This document shows, one piece after another, positions 1-10,296 of a stretch of 64,000 nt of DNA. Within the stretch, counting starts at the first letter, position 1, and each line of letters opens with the position of its first letter. The notes beneath the pieces are model-generated. The model was not told where the DNA came from. It saw only the letters and a program-made list of their open reading frames with translations, and searched no databases. The stretch comes from Bacteroidota bacterium (GTDB lineage: Bacteria > Bacteroidota > Bacteroidia > Flavobacteriales > Flavobacteriaceae). The stretch is from positions 12,321 to 76,320 of the forward strand of contig JBCCLH010000006.1 in NCBI GenBank assembly GCA_039026955.1. Reading direction: 5' to 3'. Made by a program: the position numbers and the translations under genes.

Positions 1-1
1 C

Positions 2-121
2 GAGAAACCGACAAGTTTTAAAATATACGATACATACACAAAAAATGTCACCTTATTCATTGAAGGCATCTCTGAAAATGGTGATTTGATCTCTGAACGG
101 AAAACGATAAAAGTCCGTTAG
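2..121 (+). CDS. 3' end of an upstream paralog of the MG2/plug-like array (partial)
   Basis: Frame 2 reads EKPTSFKIYDTYTKNVTLFIEGISENGDLISERKTIKVR-stop, nearly identical to the C-termini of the next ORFs. Confidence 0.9.
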   Translation, partial: EKPTSFKIYDTYTKNVTLFIEGISENGDLISERKTIKVR

Positions 122-134
122 CAAATTGTTACCG

Positions 135-155
135 AAACGCTTGTAAAAGCAATAT
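135..155 (+). repeat. Duplicated intergenic segment of the paralog array, copy 1
   Basis: aaacgcttgtaaaagcaatat is identical to 2535..2555. Confidence 0.9.
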
Positions 156-183
156 ATATAATAGATTACATTAACGAAAACCA

Positions 184-2529
184 ATGATTATGAAAAAAAA
201 GTACTTATTGTTACCGATTATTCTGCTAAGCTGCTTTCAACTTTTTAGTCAGCAAAAAAATGTGGAAGATGAATATTACGACTATTTTAAACTTCCGCGT
301 GAAGGTTTGCATCTTCATTTAAACAAAACAACCTATTTTCAAGGAGAAGAAATTTGGTTCAAAGGCTACGCGTACGATCAAAAGAATCAGCGTACTTCAA
401 AAGCTACGGTCAACATCAACGTAGGAATTTATGATGCAGAAGGAAAGCAGGTGAAGAAAGCATTGTTTTCTTCTGAAAATGGCTTGACATATGGAAATTT
501 TGCCGTCGATTCTACATTTACAGCCGGAACCTATTATATAAAAGCAGCAACCAATTGGATGAACAACTTTAAAGAAAATGATGCATTCATCCAAAAAATT
601 AAAATCATTACCAATCAAGAAACTGCCGAAACGAAGGTGAAAGAAGATGTGAAATTTGACTTTCAATTCTTGCCTGAAGGTGGACATATTGTAGCCAATA
701 CTACAAATAACATCGGCTTTAAAGTCATCAACAACAATGGAAAAGGTGTCATTGCTTATGGAACTTTGTTTGATCAGGATAAAAACAAAATCGCTTCTTT
801 TGAAGCGAATGCATTGGGCATGGGGAAATTTTTGTTAAAAGCAGATAAAAACGCCACCTACACCGCGGAAATTTTCATGGAAGACGGAAGTGTGCTCATA
901 AAAGAATTACCCAAAGCAAAAGCACAAGGTATCTCACTTATCGCGCGAAATACATCAAAAGATAAAGTCATTCTTGAATTCAACACAAATGAAGAAACGT
1001 TGGCGAATCATGCGGATAAAAGCTATAAAATCTTAATTCAACAAAGCGGAAAATTAAAAACAGCATCCTTACAATTTACAGATACACAAAAAGCCGTAAG
1101 TATTGAGAAGAAAAGTTTATTCAAAGGTGTCAACATCATCACTGTATTTGACAACGATCAAAATCCAATCTTAGAACGTTTGCTTTTTAACGATTACGGA
1201 ATTAAAAAGACAGATGTAAAAGTGGAAAAACTCAGAAAGATGAAGGATTCCATCATACTTTCTGTAGAAGCGCTCAATCTCAACACAAAAGGAAACATCA
1301 GTATCTCTGTATTACCAGAAGGAACCGAAAGTTACAATCCGAAGCACAACATTCTTTCTAGTTTTTATTTAAAACCACACATAAAAGGTCCGATTGACAA
1401 TCCACAATATTACTTCCACAATATGGACAGAAAGAAAAAATACGAGTTGGATGTGTTATTATTGACGCAAGGTTGGAGTCGTTACGAGTGGAAAGATATT
1501 TTTGAAAATAAACCCACAGCAAAATATAATTTTGAAAATGGAATTTCAGTCGCAGGACGTGTCAATCTGCCTGCCACAGGTGTAAAACAGCTCTTTTTAC
1601 ATGCAACAAAAAATCATGACAGCAAGTTTATTGACTTAGACAAAGATCAACGTTTTGAACTCACGGGTTTATTTTTGGAAGAAGACGAAACACTCAGATT
1701 CTCGTATATTTCTCAAAACGGTCCGTTGCGAAAACCAAGTATGTATGTTCGATTTTTAACGCCTGGCAAAGAAGACAAAATTCCAGAAATCTACCTAGAA
1801 GGAGAAACCAAAAAAATCATATCCAACACTGCAAATTTCAGAGTTCCAGATGACTTCTTCAACAAAGATGCAGAAGCATTAGGTGTAGTACTTTTAAAAG
1901 CAGAAAAAGAAAGACCTAAGTATAATACAAATTTTCTACTACATCCAAGCGTTACCGAAATTACTTTAAAAGAATACAATCGTTACATATACCTTGTAGA
2001 ATATTTAAATGATAATGGTTTTATTGCCAGTGAAGATTTTGGGCAAGTAGTTATCAACTCCAGAATTGCTTCTGGAAGACCGCCTACCGTATTTTTCAAC
2101 GATGTACGCTTAAAAGATTATAACATTCTTTTCAAAATGTCGTTAGCAGAAATTGAACGCATCGTGATCGATAAATATGGTATGGCACTTGACCCACATA
2201 AAGCGACCCAAGGCGTTATCAAAATATATTCACGAACCACACCATTATTTAAAAAACCAGATGTAGAAAGTCCCTATTTAAAAGCTGCTGCGCCACTATC
2301 TTTTGCGGTTCGAAAAAAGTATTATGCACCGAGATATACTTCGTATTTAAATCCTGTATTTGAAAAATTTGGGGCTATTTCATGGCATCCAATTGTAGAA
2401 CTCAATACCAAAACTGCCAGCACTTTTAAAATATACGATACCTATACAAAAAACATCACCTTATTCATAGAAGGCATTTCCGAAAATGGTGATTTGATCT
2501 CTGAACGGAAAACCATCCAAATCCGTTAG
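184..2529 (+). CDS. Secreted MG2-like / beta-sandwich / TonB-plug-like protein without barrel, paralog 2 (start may be 190)
   Basis: Signal peptide ending LFS|Q; LHLNKTTYFQGEEIWFKGY, QFLPEGG, LLLTQGWSRY, plug-like PTVFFND...IERIVIDK...GVIKIYSR. Confidence 0.75.
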   Translation: MIMKKKYLLLPIILLSCFQLFSQQKNVEDEYYDYFKLPREGLHLHLNKTTYFQGEEIWFKGYAYDQKNQRTSKATVNINVGIYDAEGKQVKKALFSSENGLTYGNFAVDSTFTAGTYYIKAATNWMNNFKENDAFIQKIKIITNQETAETKVKEDVKFDFQFLPEGGHIVANTTNNIGFKVINNNGKGVIAYGTLFDQDKNKIASFEANALGMGKFLLKADKNATYTAEIFMEDGSVLIKELPKAKAQGISLIARNTSKDKVILEFNTNEETLANHADKSYKILIQQSGKLKTASLQFTDTQKAVSIEKKSLFKGVNIITVFDNDQNPILERLLFNDYGIKKTDVKVEKLRKMKDSIILSVEALNLNTKGNISISVLPEGTESYNPKHNILSSFYLKPHIKGPIDNPQYYFHNMDRKKKYELDVLLLTQGWSRYEWKDIFENKPTAKYNFENGISVAGRVNLPATGVKQLFLHATKNHDSKFIDLDKDQRFELTGLFLEEDETLRFSYISQNGPLRKPSMYVRFLTPGKEDKIPEIYLEGETKKIISNTANFRVPDDFFNKDAEALGVVLLKAEKERPKYNTNFLLHPSVTEITLKEYNRYIYLVEYLNDNGFIASEDFGQVVINSRIASGRPPTVFFNDVRLKDYNILFKMSLAEIERIVIDKYGMALDPHKATQGVIKIYSRTTPLFKKPDVESPYLKAAAPLSFAVRKKYYAPRYTSYLNPVFEKFGAISWHPIVELNTKTASTFKIYDTYTKNITLFIEGISENGDLISERKTIQIR

Positions 2530-2534
2530 TTACA

Positions 2535-2555
2535 AAACGCTTGTAAAAGCAATAT
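2535..2555 (+). repeat. Duplicated intergenic segment of the paralog array, copy 2
   Basis: Identical 21-mer to 135..155, 2400 bp away. Confidence 0.9.
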
Positions 2556-2588
2556 GTATGATTATGACATTAAGTAAAACCGATTATC

Positions 2589-4934
2589 ATGAAAAACAAA
2601 TATGTATATATACTCCTACCACTCATCATACTGAGTTGTTTTCCGCTATTTAGTCAGGAAAAAACAATTGAAGAAGAATATGCAGCGTATTTCACCTTAC
2701 CACGGGAAGCGCTTCACATTCATTTAAACAAAACGACCTATTTTCAGGGAGAAGAAATTTGGTTCAAAGGCTATGCGTACGACCAAAAAAATCAGCTATC
2801 ATCAAAAGCAACCACAAATATCAATGTGGGCATTTATGATGCAGAAGGCAAGCAAATCAAAAAAGCGTTGTTTGCGGCTGAAAATGGAGTGACCAATGGA
2901 AATTTTGCGGTAGATTCTACCTTCACCGCAGGAACATATTACCTAAAAGCAGAAACCAATTGGATGAAAAATTTCAAAGAAAGCAATGCATTCATTCAAA
3001 AAATTGAAATTGTCACTGATGAAAGTATCAAAGAAAAGATACAAAAAGAAGCAGCCAGTTTCGATTTTCAGTTCTTGCCAGAAGGTGGACATATTGTCGC
3101 AAACACCAAAAACAATATTGGCTTTAAAGTCATTGCGAATGATGGAAAAGGCGTCACGGCTTCAGGAATTATTTTTGATCAGGAGAAAAAGCAAGTCGCT
3201 TCCTTTGAAAGCAATACCTTGGGAATGGGCAAATTTCTATTTCAACCAAAAAAAGATCGAGAATACACAGCAGAAATTACGCTGGAAAACGGCGCAAGCA
3301 TCACAAAAAAATTACCAAAAGCCAATGCACAAGGAATTTCGCTGATGATCAAAAATCTGTTCGACGATAAAATTGTACTTGAATTTAACACGAATGAAGA
3401 AACCTTGGCAAATCACCCAAATAAAACGTACAAAATTCTCATTCACCAAAATGGCAAACTAAAAACAACTGCATTGCAGTTTAGCGATACGAAAAAAGCG
3501 GTGACCATCGAAAAAAAGGGATTGTTTAAAGGTGTGAATACGATTACGGTATTCGATAACGAACAGCATCCGATCATGGAACGCTTATTTTTTAACGACT
3601 ACGGAATTAAAAAAGCGAAAATTAACGTAGCGAAGTTGAACACCATACAAGATTCTATTTTACTTTCTCTAAAAGAACTCAATCTTAACGAAAAGGCAAA
3701 TGTGAGTATTTCTATCTTACCAGAAACGACCGATAGTTACCATCCTGAGCATAACATTCTTTCCAATTTCTATCTCAAACCACATGTAAGAGGTTTTGTG
3801 GAAAATCCGCGATATTATTTTTACGACATGGACCGAAAGAAAAAATATGAACTAGATGTATTACTGTTAACGCAAGGTTGGAGTCGCTACCAATGGAAAG
3901 ATATTTTTGAGAACAAACCTAAAATAAAGTATCCTTTTGAAAATGGAATCACTGTTTCGGGTCGTGTCAATAAACCTGCTACTGACATCAAACAAATCTT
4001 TTTACACAGCACAAAAAATCATACTGCAAAATTTATTGACATAGATGAAGATCAACGATTTGAACTTACAGGTTTATTTTTAGAAGAAGATGAAAAAGTA
4101 CGCTTTTCGTATATTGATGCAAAAGGTGAGTTGAAAAAACCAGGCATGTATCTTCGATTCCAAGTGACCGATAAAGAAGATAAAATTGCAGAAGTCTTTT
4201 TGAGTGAAACCATCAATGTGTCCACCACCGCAAACTTTACCGTGCCCAAAGATTTCTTTGTGGAAAAAGCGGAGGAATTGGATACCGTAGTTTTAGAAGC
4301 TGAAAACTCAAGATTGGCATATGAAGATCCGTTTATGGCTGATCCGCAAGTTACAGACGTTACCGAAGAAGATTATTACACACATTACAACATCATCCGA
4401 TTTCTTCGCATGAATGGTTTTGACGCAACAGAACAAGATGGCGGTGTCATAGTACGACATTGGTCGCGTCACAGAGGTGCGCCTGGTGTATTTTTAAACA
4501 ATAGACAATTACTGGGCAACGGAATGCGCATGTTATACAACATGTCGTTGTCAGATATTGAACGAATTGTCATTGACAAAGACAGCAGAGTACCGATTAA
4601 TGGTGGTGTGGCAGACGGAGTCATAAAAATTTATATGCGAGAAGACTCCATGTTTGCACAACAAGCAGACGATATTGTGTATTTGGCGACCACAACTACG
4701 AAATCTTTTGCGACAGGAAAAGAATACTACGCACCAAATTACAGTTCCTATCTCAATCCTATTTTCAAAAAATACGGAACCATTTCTTGGTTGCCAACCG
4801 TAGAATTGAACACAAATACGGCAACAAGTTTCAAAATTTATGATACCTATACCAAAAATGTAACCTTGTTCATTGAAGGAATTTCAGAAAATGGAAATCT
4901 CATCTCTGAACGGAAAACCATCCAAGTTCGATAA
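2589..4934 (+). CDS. Secreted MG2-like / plug-like protein, paralog 3
   Basis: Same motifs and same length (781 aa) as paralog 2. Confidence 0.75.
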   Translation: MKNKYVYILLPLIILSCFPLFSQEKTIEEEYAAYFTLPREALHIHLNKTTYFQGEEIWFKGYAYDQKNQLSSKATTNINVGIYDAEGKQIKKALFAAENGVTNGNFAVDSTFTAGTYYLKAETNWMKNFKESNAFIQKIEIVTDESIKEKIQKEAASFDFQFLPEGGHIVANTKNNIGFKVIANDGKGVTASGIIFDQEKKQVASFESNTLGMGKFLFQPKKDREYTAEITLENGASITKKLPKANAQGISLMIKNLFDDKIVLEFNTNEETLANHPNKTYKILIHQNGKLKTTALQFSDTKKAVTIEKKGLFKGVNTITVFDNEQHPIMERLFFNDYGIKKAKINVAKLNTIQDSILLSLKELNLNEKANVSISILPETTDSYHPEHNILSNFYLKPHVRGFVENPRYYFYDMDRKKKYELDVLLLTQGWSRYQWKDIFENKPKIKYPFENGITVSGRVNKPATDIKQIFLHSTKNHTAKFIDIDEDQRFELTGLFLEEDEKVRFSYIDAKGELKKPGMYLRFQVTDKEDKIAEVFLSETINVSTTANFTVPKDFFVEKAEELDTVVLEAENSRLAYEDPFMADPQVTDVTEEDYYTHYNIIRFLRMNGFDATEQDGGVIVRHWSRHRGAPGVFLNNRQLLGNGMRMLYNMSLSDIERIVIDKDSRVPINGGVADGVIKIYMREDSMFAQQADDIVYLATTTTKSFATGKEYYAPNYSSYLNPIFKKYGTISWLPTVELNTNTATSFKIYDTYTKNVTLFIEGISENGNLISERKTIQVR

Positions 4935-4943
4935 AACCCAACA

Positions 4944-4988
4944 CAAAACCTCTGAAGCAATACAAAGCGAAGAGGTTTTGTTACTTTT
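4944..4988 (+). terminator. Probable intrinsic terminator or stabilising hairpin within the array
   Basis: 10-bp inverted repeat caaaacctct/agaggttttg followed by a T-rich tract, 10 bp after the stop codon. Confidence 0.5.
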
Positions 4989-5114
4989 TTCTACGATGAA
5001 TAGAAACATTTTACATCGCGATTACCAAGAAAATTTTAGCTTTTTTTTAATAGTTCAAAAAGTAGGTACATTCTACTAAAACCTTAATTTAGAGCTTGGA
5101 TTTATGCACTTACT

Positions 5115-7463
5115 ATGAAAAAAAACTATCTATTTTTACTCCTATTCATTTTAGGAAGTTCCTTAAGTTGCAGTTACGCACAACAAAAAAAAGTTGAAGA
5201 CGAATATGCAGCATATTTTACCTTACCCAGAGAAGCTTTATATGTACATCTCAACAAAACCATCTATTTTCAAGGAGAAGAAATTTGGTTGAAAGGCTAT
5301 GCGTTTGATCAAAAAAATCAATTGACGTCAAAGGCAACAACCAACATTCATGTCGGCGTATACGATGCAGAAGGAAAGCAAGTGCAAAAAGCGTTATTCA
5401 GAGCGGAAGATGGTGTGGCAAAAGGAAACATTCTAATCGATTCGACATACACCGCCGGAACTTACTATGTGAAAGCGGAAACCAATTGGATGAAAAACTT
5501 CAAAGAAGACAATGCATACATTCAAAAAATTCAAATTCTCACAGATCAATCGAAAGCGAAAGATGCAGTAAGCGAAGAGGAACGGTATGACTTTCAATTT
5601 CTTCCAGAAGGTGGAAATTTGGTTGTGGCAACTCAAAATACGATTGGTTTTAAAGTCATCAATCAACAAGGAAAAGGCGTTATTGCCAACGGAATTGTGT
5701 ATGATGCTGACGGAAACGAAATCACTTCATTCAAAGGAAATGACAAAGGTTTGGGCAAATTTTTATTCTATCCAAAAACCGATCAAGCATATACTGCTAA
5801 AATCACGCTTGAAACGGGAGAAGAAATCACGCAAGTGCTACCAAAAGCAGAAGACAGCGGAATTGCACTGACGCTTAAAGATCCGTTTCAAGATAAAATC
5901 TTTCTCAACTTCAACACCAATCAAGCTACGTTAGAACGTTTTCCGACCAGGAAATACAAAGTGCTCATTCACCAAAATGGAAAACAAAAAACCATTGAAT
6001 TCTCGTTTGACGGCGCAACAGAAAAAATTGTGAGTGTCTTGAAAAAAGATTTGTTCAAAGGTGTCAATACGATCACTGTTTTTACGGAAGACAATACGCC
6101 CATTCTAGAACGTTTATTTTTCAACGACCACTTTATTAAAACCTCAAAAATTAATATTGCCAAAGTACAAACATTGAGTGATTCTATCGTGCTTTCAATT
6201 AGCGAATCTGAATTACAGGAAAATAGTAATGTAAGTATTTCGGTCTTGCCAGAATTGACAAAAGCCTACGAACCGCAGCACAATATTGCCTCGCATTTTT
6301 ACCTAAAACCACATCTAAAAGGTTCGGTGGAAGATCCGCAGTACTACTTTAGAAAAATGACGCGCAAGACAAAATATGAATTGGATATCTTATTGCTCAC
6401 GCAAGGTTGGAGTCGTTACGAGTGGAAAAATATTTTTGAAGAAAAACCGAATGGTTCCAATCGTTTTGAAAACGGAATTACCATTCAAGGAACCGTAAAT
6501 CGTCCTGCGAAAAATGTAGATCGTTTATTTTTGTATGCGACTAAAAATCATTCTGCACAATTCATCGATTTAGACAAAGATCAAAAATTTACCATATCCA
6601 ATTTATTTCTAGAACAAGGAGAAGAAGTGCGTTTCTCGTACATGGATAACAAAGGACGTTTTAAAAAACCAAGCATTTATTTGCGTTTCAAAGTCAATGA
6701 TGGAAAAGATCAAATTTCTTCTGAAATTCGCAACGAGAAAACGCCAATCTTACGCAATGCTTCCACTTTTCAGGTTCCAGAAAATTTCTTTTACGAAGAA
6801 GCACAACAATTAGATCAAGTGGTGATCAAAGCCAAGAAAAAGAAAGAAATCTATACAAAAGAGCCAATTTTGATGAACGCGAAAGTCACGAAAGTAACCA
6901 AACAAATCTACGAACGCTACTTTAACGTGACCGATTTCATTCAAGACAACGGATACGATGTATTTGAAAATTTGGGACAGGTTTCCATCACTACCAGACG
7001 ACGTCCAATAGCATCACCATTGGTGTTTTATGACGGCGCCCAATTGACAAATTTGACGATTTTATACGGTTTATCCACTGCAAACGTTGAAAAAATTGTC
7101 ATCGATAAAACGGGACAAGGACAAGGAATGAACGCAGGTTTTGGTGGTGTCATTAAAATCTATTCGCGTCAAACGCCTTTGTTTGAAAAAGGACCTGGCG
7201 AAAAAATGTATACAAGCGCCAAAGCGCCCGAAGCTTTTACGCCTACCAAAGAATACTACGCGCCAAAATACGCCTCCTATTTCAACAGTACTTTTGAAAA
7301 ATACGGAGTAATTTCATGGATTCCAGAACTAAAACTTCAAAATTCGGAAGCTGTCAATTTCAATATCTATGATACGCGTACCAAAAACATCATACTGTTT
7401 ATTGAAGGGATTTCAGAAAGTGGCGAACTCATCTCGGAACGTAGAATCATTCAAGTCCGATAA
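5115..7463 (+). CDS. Secreted MG2-like / plug-like protein, paralog 4
   Basis: Signal peptide SYA|Q; same motifs; plug-like PLVFYDG...VEKIVIDKTG...GGVIKIYSR. Confidence 0.75.
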   Translation: MKKNYLFLLLFILGSSLSCSYAQQKKVEDEYAAYFTLPREALYVHLNKTIYFQGEEIWLKGYAFDQKNQLTSKATTNIHVGVYDAEGKQVQKALFRAEDGVAKGNILIDSTYTAGTYYVKAETNWMKNFKEDNAYIQKIQILTDQSKAKDAVSEEERYDFQFLPEGGNLVVATQNTIGFKVINQQGKGVIANGIVYDADGNEITSFKGNDKGLGKFLFYPKTDQAYTAKITLETGEEITQVLPKAEDSGIALTLKDPFQDKIFLNFNTNQATLERFPTRKYKVLIHQNGKQKTIEFSFDGATEKIVSVLKKDLFKGVNTITVFTEDNTPILERLFFNDHFIKTSKINIAKVQTLSDSIVLSISESELQENSNVSISVLPELTKAYEPQHNIASHFYLKPHLKGSVEDPQYYFRKMTRKTKYELDILLLTQGWSRYEWKNIFEEKPNGSNRFENGITIQGTVNRPAKNVDRLFLYATKNHSAQFIDLDKDQKFTISNLFLEQGEEVRFSYMDNKGRFKKPSIYLRFKVNDGKDQISSEIRNEKTPILRNASTFQVPENFFYEEAQQLDQVVIKAKKKKEIYTKEPILMNAKVTKVTKQIYERYFNVTDFIQDNGYDVFENLGQVSITTRRRPIASPLVFYDGAQLTNLTILYGLSTANVEKIVIDKTGQGQGMNAGFGGVIKIYSRQTPLFEKGPGEKMYTSAKAPEAFTPTKEYYAPKYASYFNSTFEKYGVISWIPELKLQNSEAVNFNIYDTRTKNIILFIEGISESGELISERRIIQVR

Positions 7464-7703
7464 AAATTTCATCTTCTAAATTCAAAAAAAAGCTGTATCT
7501 TTAAATAAATGAAGGTATATAATTATTTTAATAAGAATTATCATTCAAAAACAATAATTACATACTTTTAATAAAAGACCTATTCTCACATTATTCCCCC
7601 AAAAGTGAATTGTTCCCAGCAAAATTCATTTTCAATACAAGTCTGTCTTGAAGTATTTCTTGACGGTATTTAAAAACGAATTACAACTGTTGAGCCATTA
7701 TTT

Positions 7704-10085
7704 ATGAGAAAAAATTATCTTTTATGTATGTTGCTGTGCCTGTCGTGGTGCGCACTTTCGCAAACGAATGCTTCTATTCGTGAAAACTATCTAGATCATT
7801 TTAAATATTCTGAAGAAGAAGCTGTTTTTATTCACCTTAACAAAACCAGTTATTTAGTCGGAGAAGAAATTTGGTTAAAAGGATATGTGTATAGCAAACG
7901 AGACGAAAAAGCTTCGAGAACCTCTTCCAATTTGTATGTAGGATTGTACGATGCTGATGGAACTCAAGTTTCCAAAAAGCTACTTCGAATTCAAAACGGA
8001 ATGGCACAAGGAAATATTGAGTTGGATGAAAAATTAAACTCAGGTCGCTACTACATCAAAGCCACCACACAATATATGATGGATGCACAACCTGAAGATG
8101 ATGCTTTTGTTGAAGAAATTGTTATCTACGGAGCTACTGTGGCAACCAAAGCAGACAATAATACTGCTGAAACTTACGATATTCAATTTTTACCCGAAGG
8201 TGGACATTTGGTGAAAAATATTGAAAATACCATTGCTTTTAAAGCGATCAATCAGGAAGGAAAAGGTGTCTATGTCACGGGAATTGTCTATGATGAAAAC
8301 GATACGGAAATCACTGATTTTGAAAGTAATAATTACGGGATTGGCACTTTTGAGTTTATTCCGAAAGACAATACCATTTACAAGGTAAAAACAACTTTTA
8401 AAGAAGAAGAAACTAGTCAACAGACATTGCCCAAAGCAAAAGATACAGGCATTGCGATTCAGGTAAACGCTATTGAAAAAGACAGCATTAAAATTTCATT
8501 AAACACCAATCCAGAAACTTTGCGATCTATTGTTTCTAAAGATTATACTTTATTCATTCACAAAGATGGAAAAGCACGTTCGATGCCTTTTTCTTTTAAA
8601 AATACAGAAACTGTCACGCTGACAATTGCAAGAGACGGACTCTTTAATGGCGTCAATACCATCACACTTTTTGACGGGAGAGTTCCTATTTTGGAGCGTT
8701 TGTTTTTTAATAGAAAAACGCCAAAAAATCTTTCTATAATGGTTAAAAAGGGAAACACAGAAAAAGACTTTTCTGATTTTTCTATTTATCTCATTAAAAG
8801 AAGAAAAGGAATTTTAGAAGCCAATGTGAGCATTTCTATATTGCCCGAAACGACCGAAGCGTACAATCCTGCACACAGCATGTATTCTAGCTTTTATCTA
8901 AAACCGTATGTGAAAGGTGAAATTGAAAATCCGAAGTATTATTTTCCGAATACCACCAAAACGAAGAGAGAAGACTTGGATGCTTTATTGATCACGCAAG
9001 GTTGGAGCGCATACGATTGGACTTATATTTTTCAAAATCCTTCCAAAAAACGAGCGGTAGAAAACGGCATCACCATCAGTGGTACCTTAAATTTCCCGAA
9101 TAAACGTGTAAAAGGGATTCTTTTGCAAGACACCAAAGAACAACCTGCAAAATTCATTCCGCTCGATAAAGAACGAAAATTTGTAATTAAAAATTTATAT
9201 CCGCATGCGGATGAAGAACTTCGTTTTTCAGCAGTAGATTACAGTAAAAAATTCTTAAAACCTAGATTATATCTGACGTATAGTGCCAATTCAAAAGAAG
9301 ATCAAATCACCGATAATATGATTATTGATCGTTCCTTTTTAAATAAACTAAACATCTTTTCGCTTCCTGACGGATTCTTTCCAGAAGATGCGGAAGACCT
9401 TGAGGCTGTTCTCATTGAAGGCGCGAATAAAAATCAGCGAAAAAGTATTGATCCAATGATGGTAAAAGGGAAAGAAACTGTTTTTGGCATTGAAGAATAT
9501 TTGCAATATCCACAAGTAAAAAACTTTATTGAGAACAGCGGTTATCATGTATGGGAAGATCCTTTAAGCAATACAAAACTTAATATTACACCAAGAAAGA
9601 GGCTAACATTACAAGGAAATCCCGTAGTGCCACTTATCTTTTTAGACGATGCGCCACTAAGTGATTTTTCAATTCTGCGTGATTTTTCATCCTCACAAGT
9701 AGCACGAGTTATTGTAGATAAAAGCGGACAAGGATATGGCTTGCGTGGTGTTGGTGGTGTCATTAAAATTTATACGCGAAGAACACCGCTTACGGAAACG
9801 GCTCCTATACGAAGAGACTCGTATGCGGGCTACACACCGCCAATAGGATACAGTCCGCACAAACGCTACTACGAACCAAAATACCAATCGTATACGAGCG
9901 ACACTTTCCAAAAATACGGGGCAATTGATTGGCAACCGAACATTACCATTCCAAGAAGAGGCCCGTATAATTTTATTGTCAAACACAAAGACGTCAAAGC
10001 CATCACGATGTTTATAGAAGGTATCTCAAAAGACGGAAGCTTGATTTCAGAAAAGAGAACCATTACGCTTGTGGAGGAGGAATAG
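7704..10085 (+). CDS. Secreted MG2-like / plug-like protein, paralog 5 (most divergent)
   Basis: FIHLNKTSYLVGEEIWLKGY, QFLPEGG, LLITQGWSAY, GGVIKIYTR, FIEGISKDG. Confidence 0.75.
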   Translation: MRKNYLLCMLLCLSWCALSQTNASIRENYLDHFKYSEEEAVFIHLNKTSYLVGEEIWLKGYVYSKRDEKASRTSSNLYVGLYDADGTQVSKKLLRIQNGMAQGNIELDEKLNSGRYYIKATTQYMMDAQPEDDAFVEEIVIYGATVATKADNNTAETYDIQFLPEGGHLVKNIENTIAFKAINQEGKGVYVTGIVYDENDTEITDFESNNYGIGTFEFIPKDNTIYKVKTTFKEEETSQQTLPKAKDTGIAIQVNAIEKDSIKISLNTNPETLRSIVSKDYTLFIHKDGKARSMPFSFKNTETVTLTIARDGLFNGVNTITLFDGRVPILERLFFNRKTPKNLSIMVKKGNTEKDFSDFSIYLIKRRKGILEANVSISILPETTEAYNPAHSMYSSFYLKPYVKGEIENPKYYFPNTTKTKREDLDALLITQGWSAYDWTYIFQNPSKKRAVENGITISGTLNFPNKRVKGILLQDTKEQPAKFIPLDKERKFVIKNLYPHADEELRFSAVDYSKKFLKPRLYLTYSANSKEDQITDNMIIDRSFLNKLNIFSLPDGFFPEDAEDLEAVLIEGANKNQRKSIDPMMVKGKETVFGIEEYLQYPQVKNFIENSGYHVWEDPLSNTKLNITPRKRLTLQGNPVVPLIFLDDAPLSDFSILRDFSSSQVARVIVDKSGQGYGLRGVGGVIKIYTRRTPLTETAPIRRDSYAGYTPPIGYSPHKRYYEPKYQSYTSDTFQKYGAIDWQPNITIPRRGPYNFIVKHKDVKAITMFIEGISKDGSLISEKRTITLVEEE

Positions 10086-10105
10086 GTTGTTTTTTGTTTT
10101 TGGGG

Positions 10106-10203
10106 AGTTGTGGAGTTGTGGATTTGTGGATTTGTTAATTTGTTTTTTGTGGATTTGTGGAGTCGTGGATTTGTGGATTTGTTTTTTGTGGATTTGTTGA
10201 TTT
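10106..10203. repeat. Degenerate TTGTGGAT (~8-mer) low-complexity array
   Basis: Many ttgtggat/gatttgt units directly after the stop of paralog 5; related arrays near 30075, 39470 and 52670. Confidence 0.8.
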
Positions 10204-10213
10204 CCTTTGAAAA

Positions 10214-10254
10214 ATACCAATATACGAACATACCAAAATACCAACATACCAAAG
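10214..10254. repeat. Degenerate ATACCAA(C/A) tandem repeat
   Basis: aataccaatatacgaacataccaaaataccaacataccaaa. Confidence 0.6.
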
Positions 10255-10296
10255 GCAAAGCCGTGTCTAAAATTCCAAAAGCAAAACATGTCTAAA

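Noticed and set aside
7601-7632. Imperfect inverted repeat upstream of paralog 5
   Set aside because: 9/10 match in AT-rich sequence is plausible by chance; no second copy seen
2-10085. Array proteins as alpha-2-macroglobulins, full TonB-dependent receptors or XrtF substrates
   Set aside because: No CxEQ thioester, too short, no C-terminal barrel strand, and no TM/basic sorting tail
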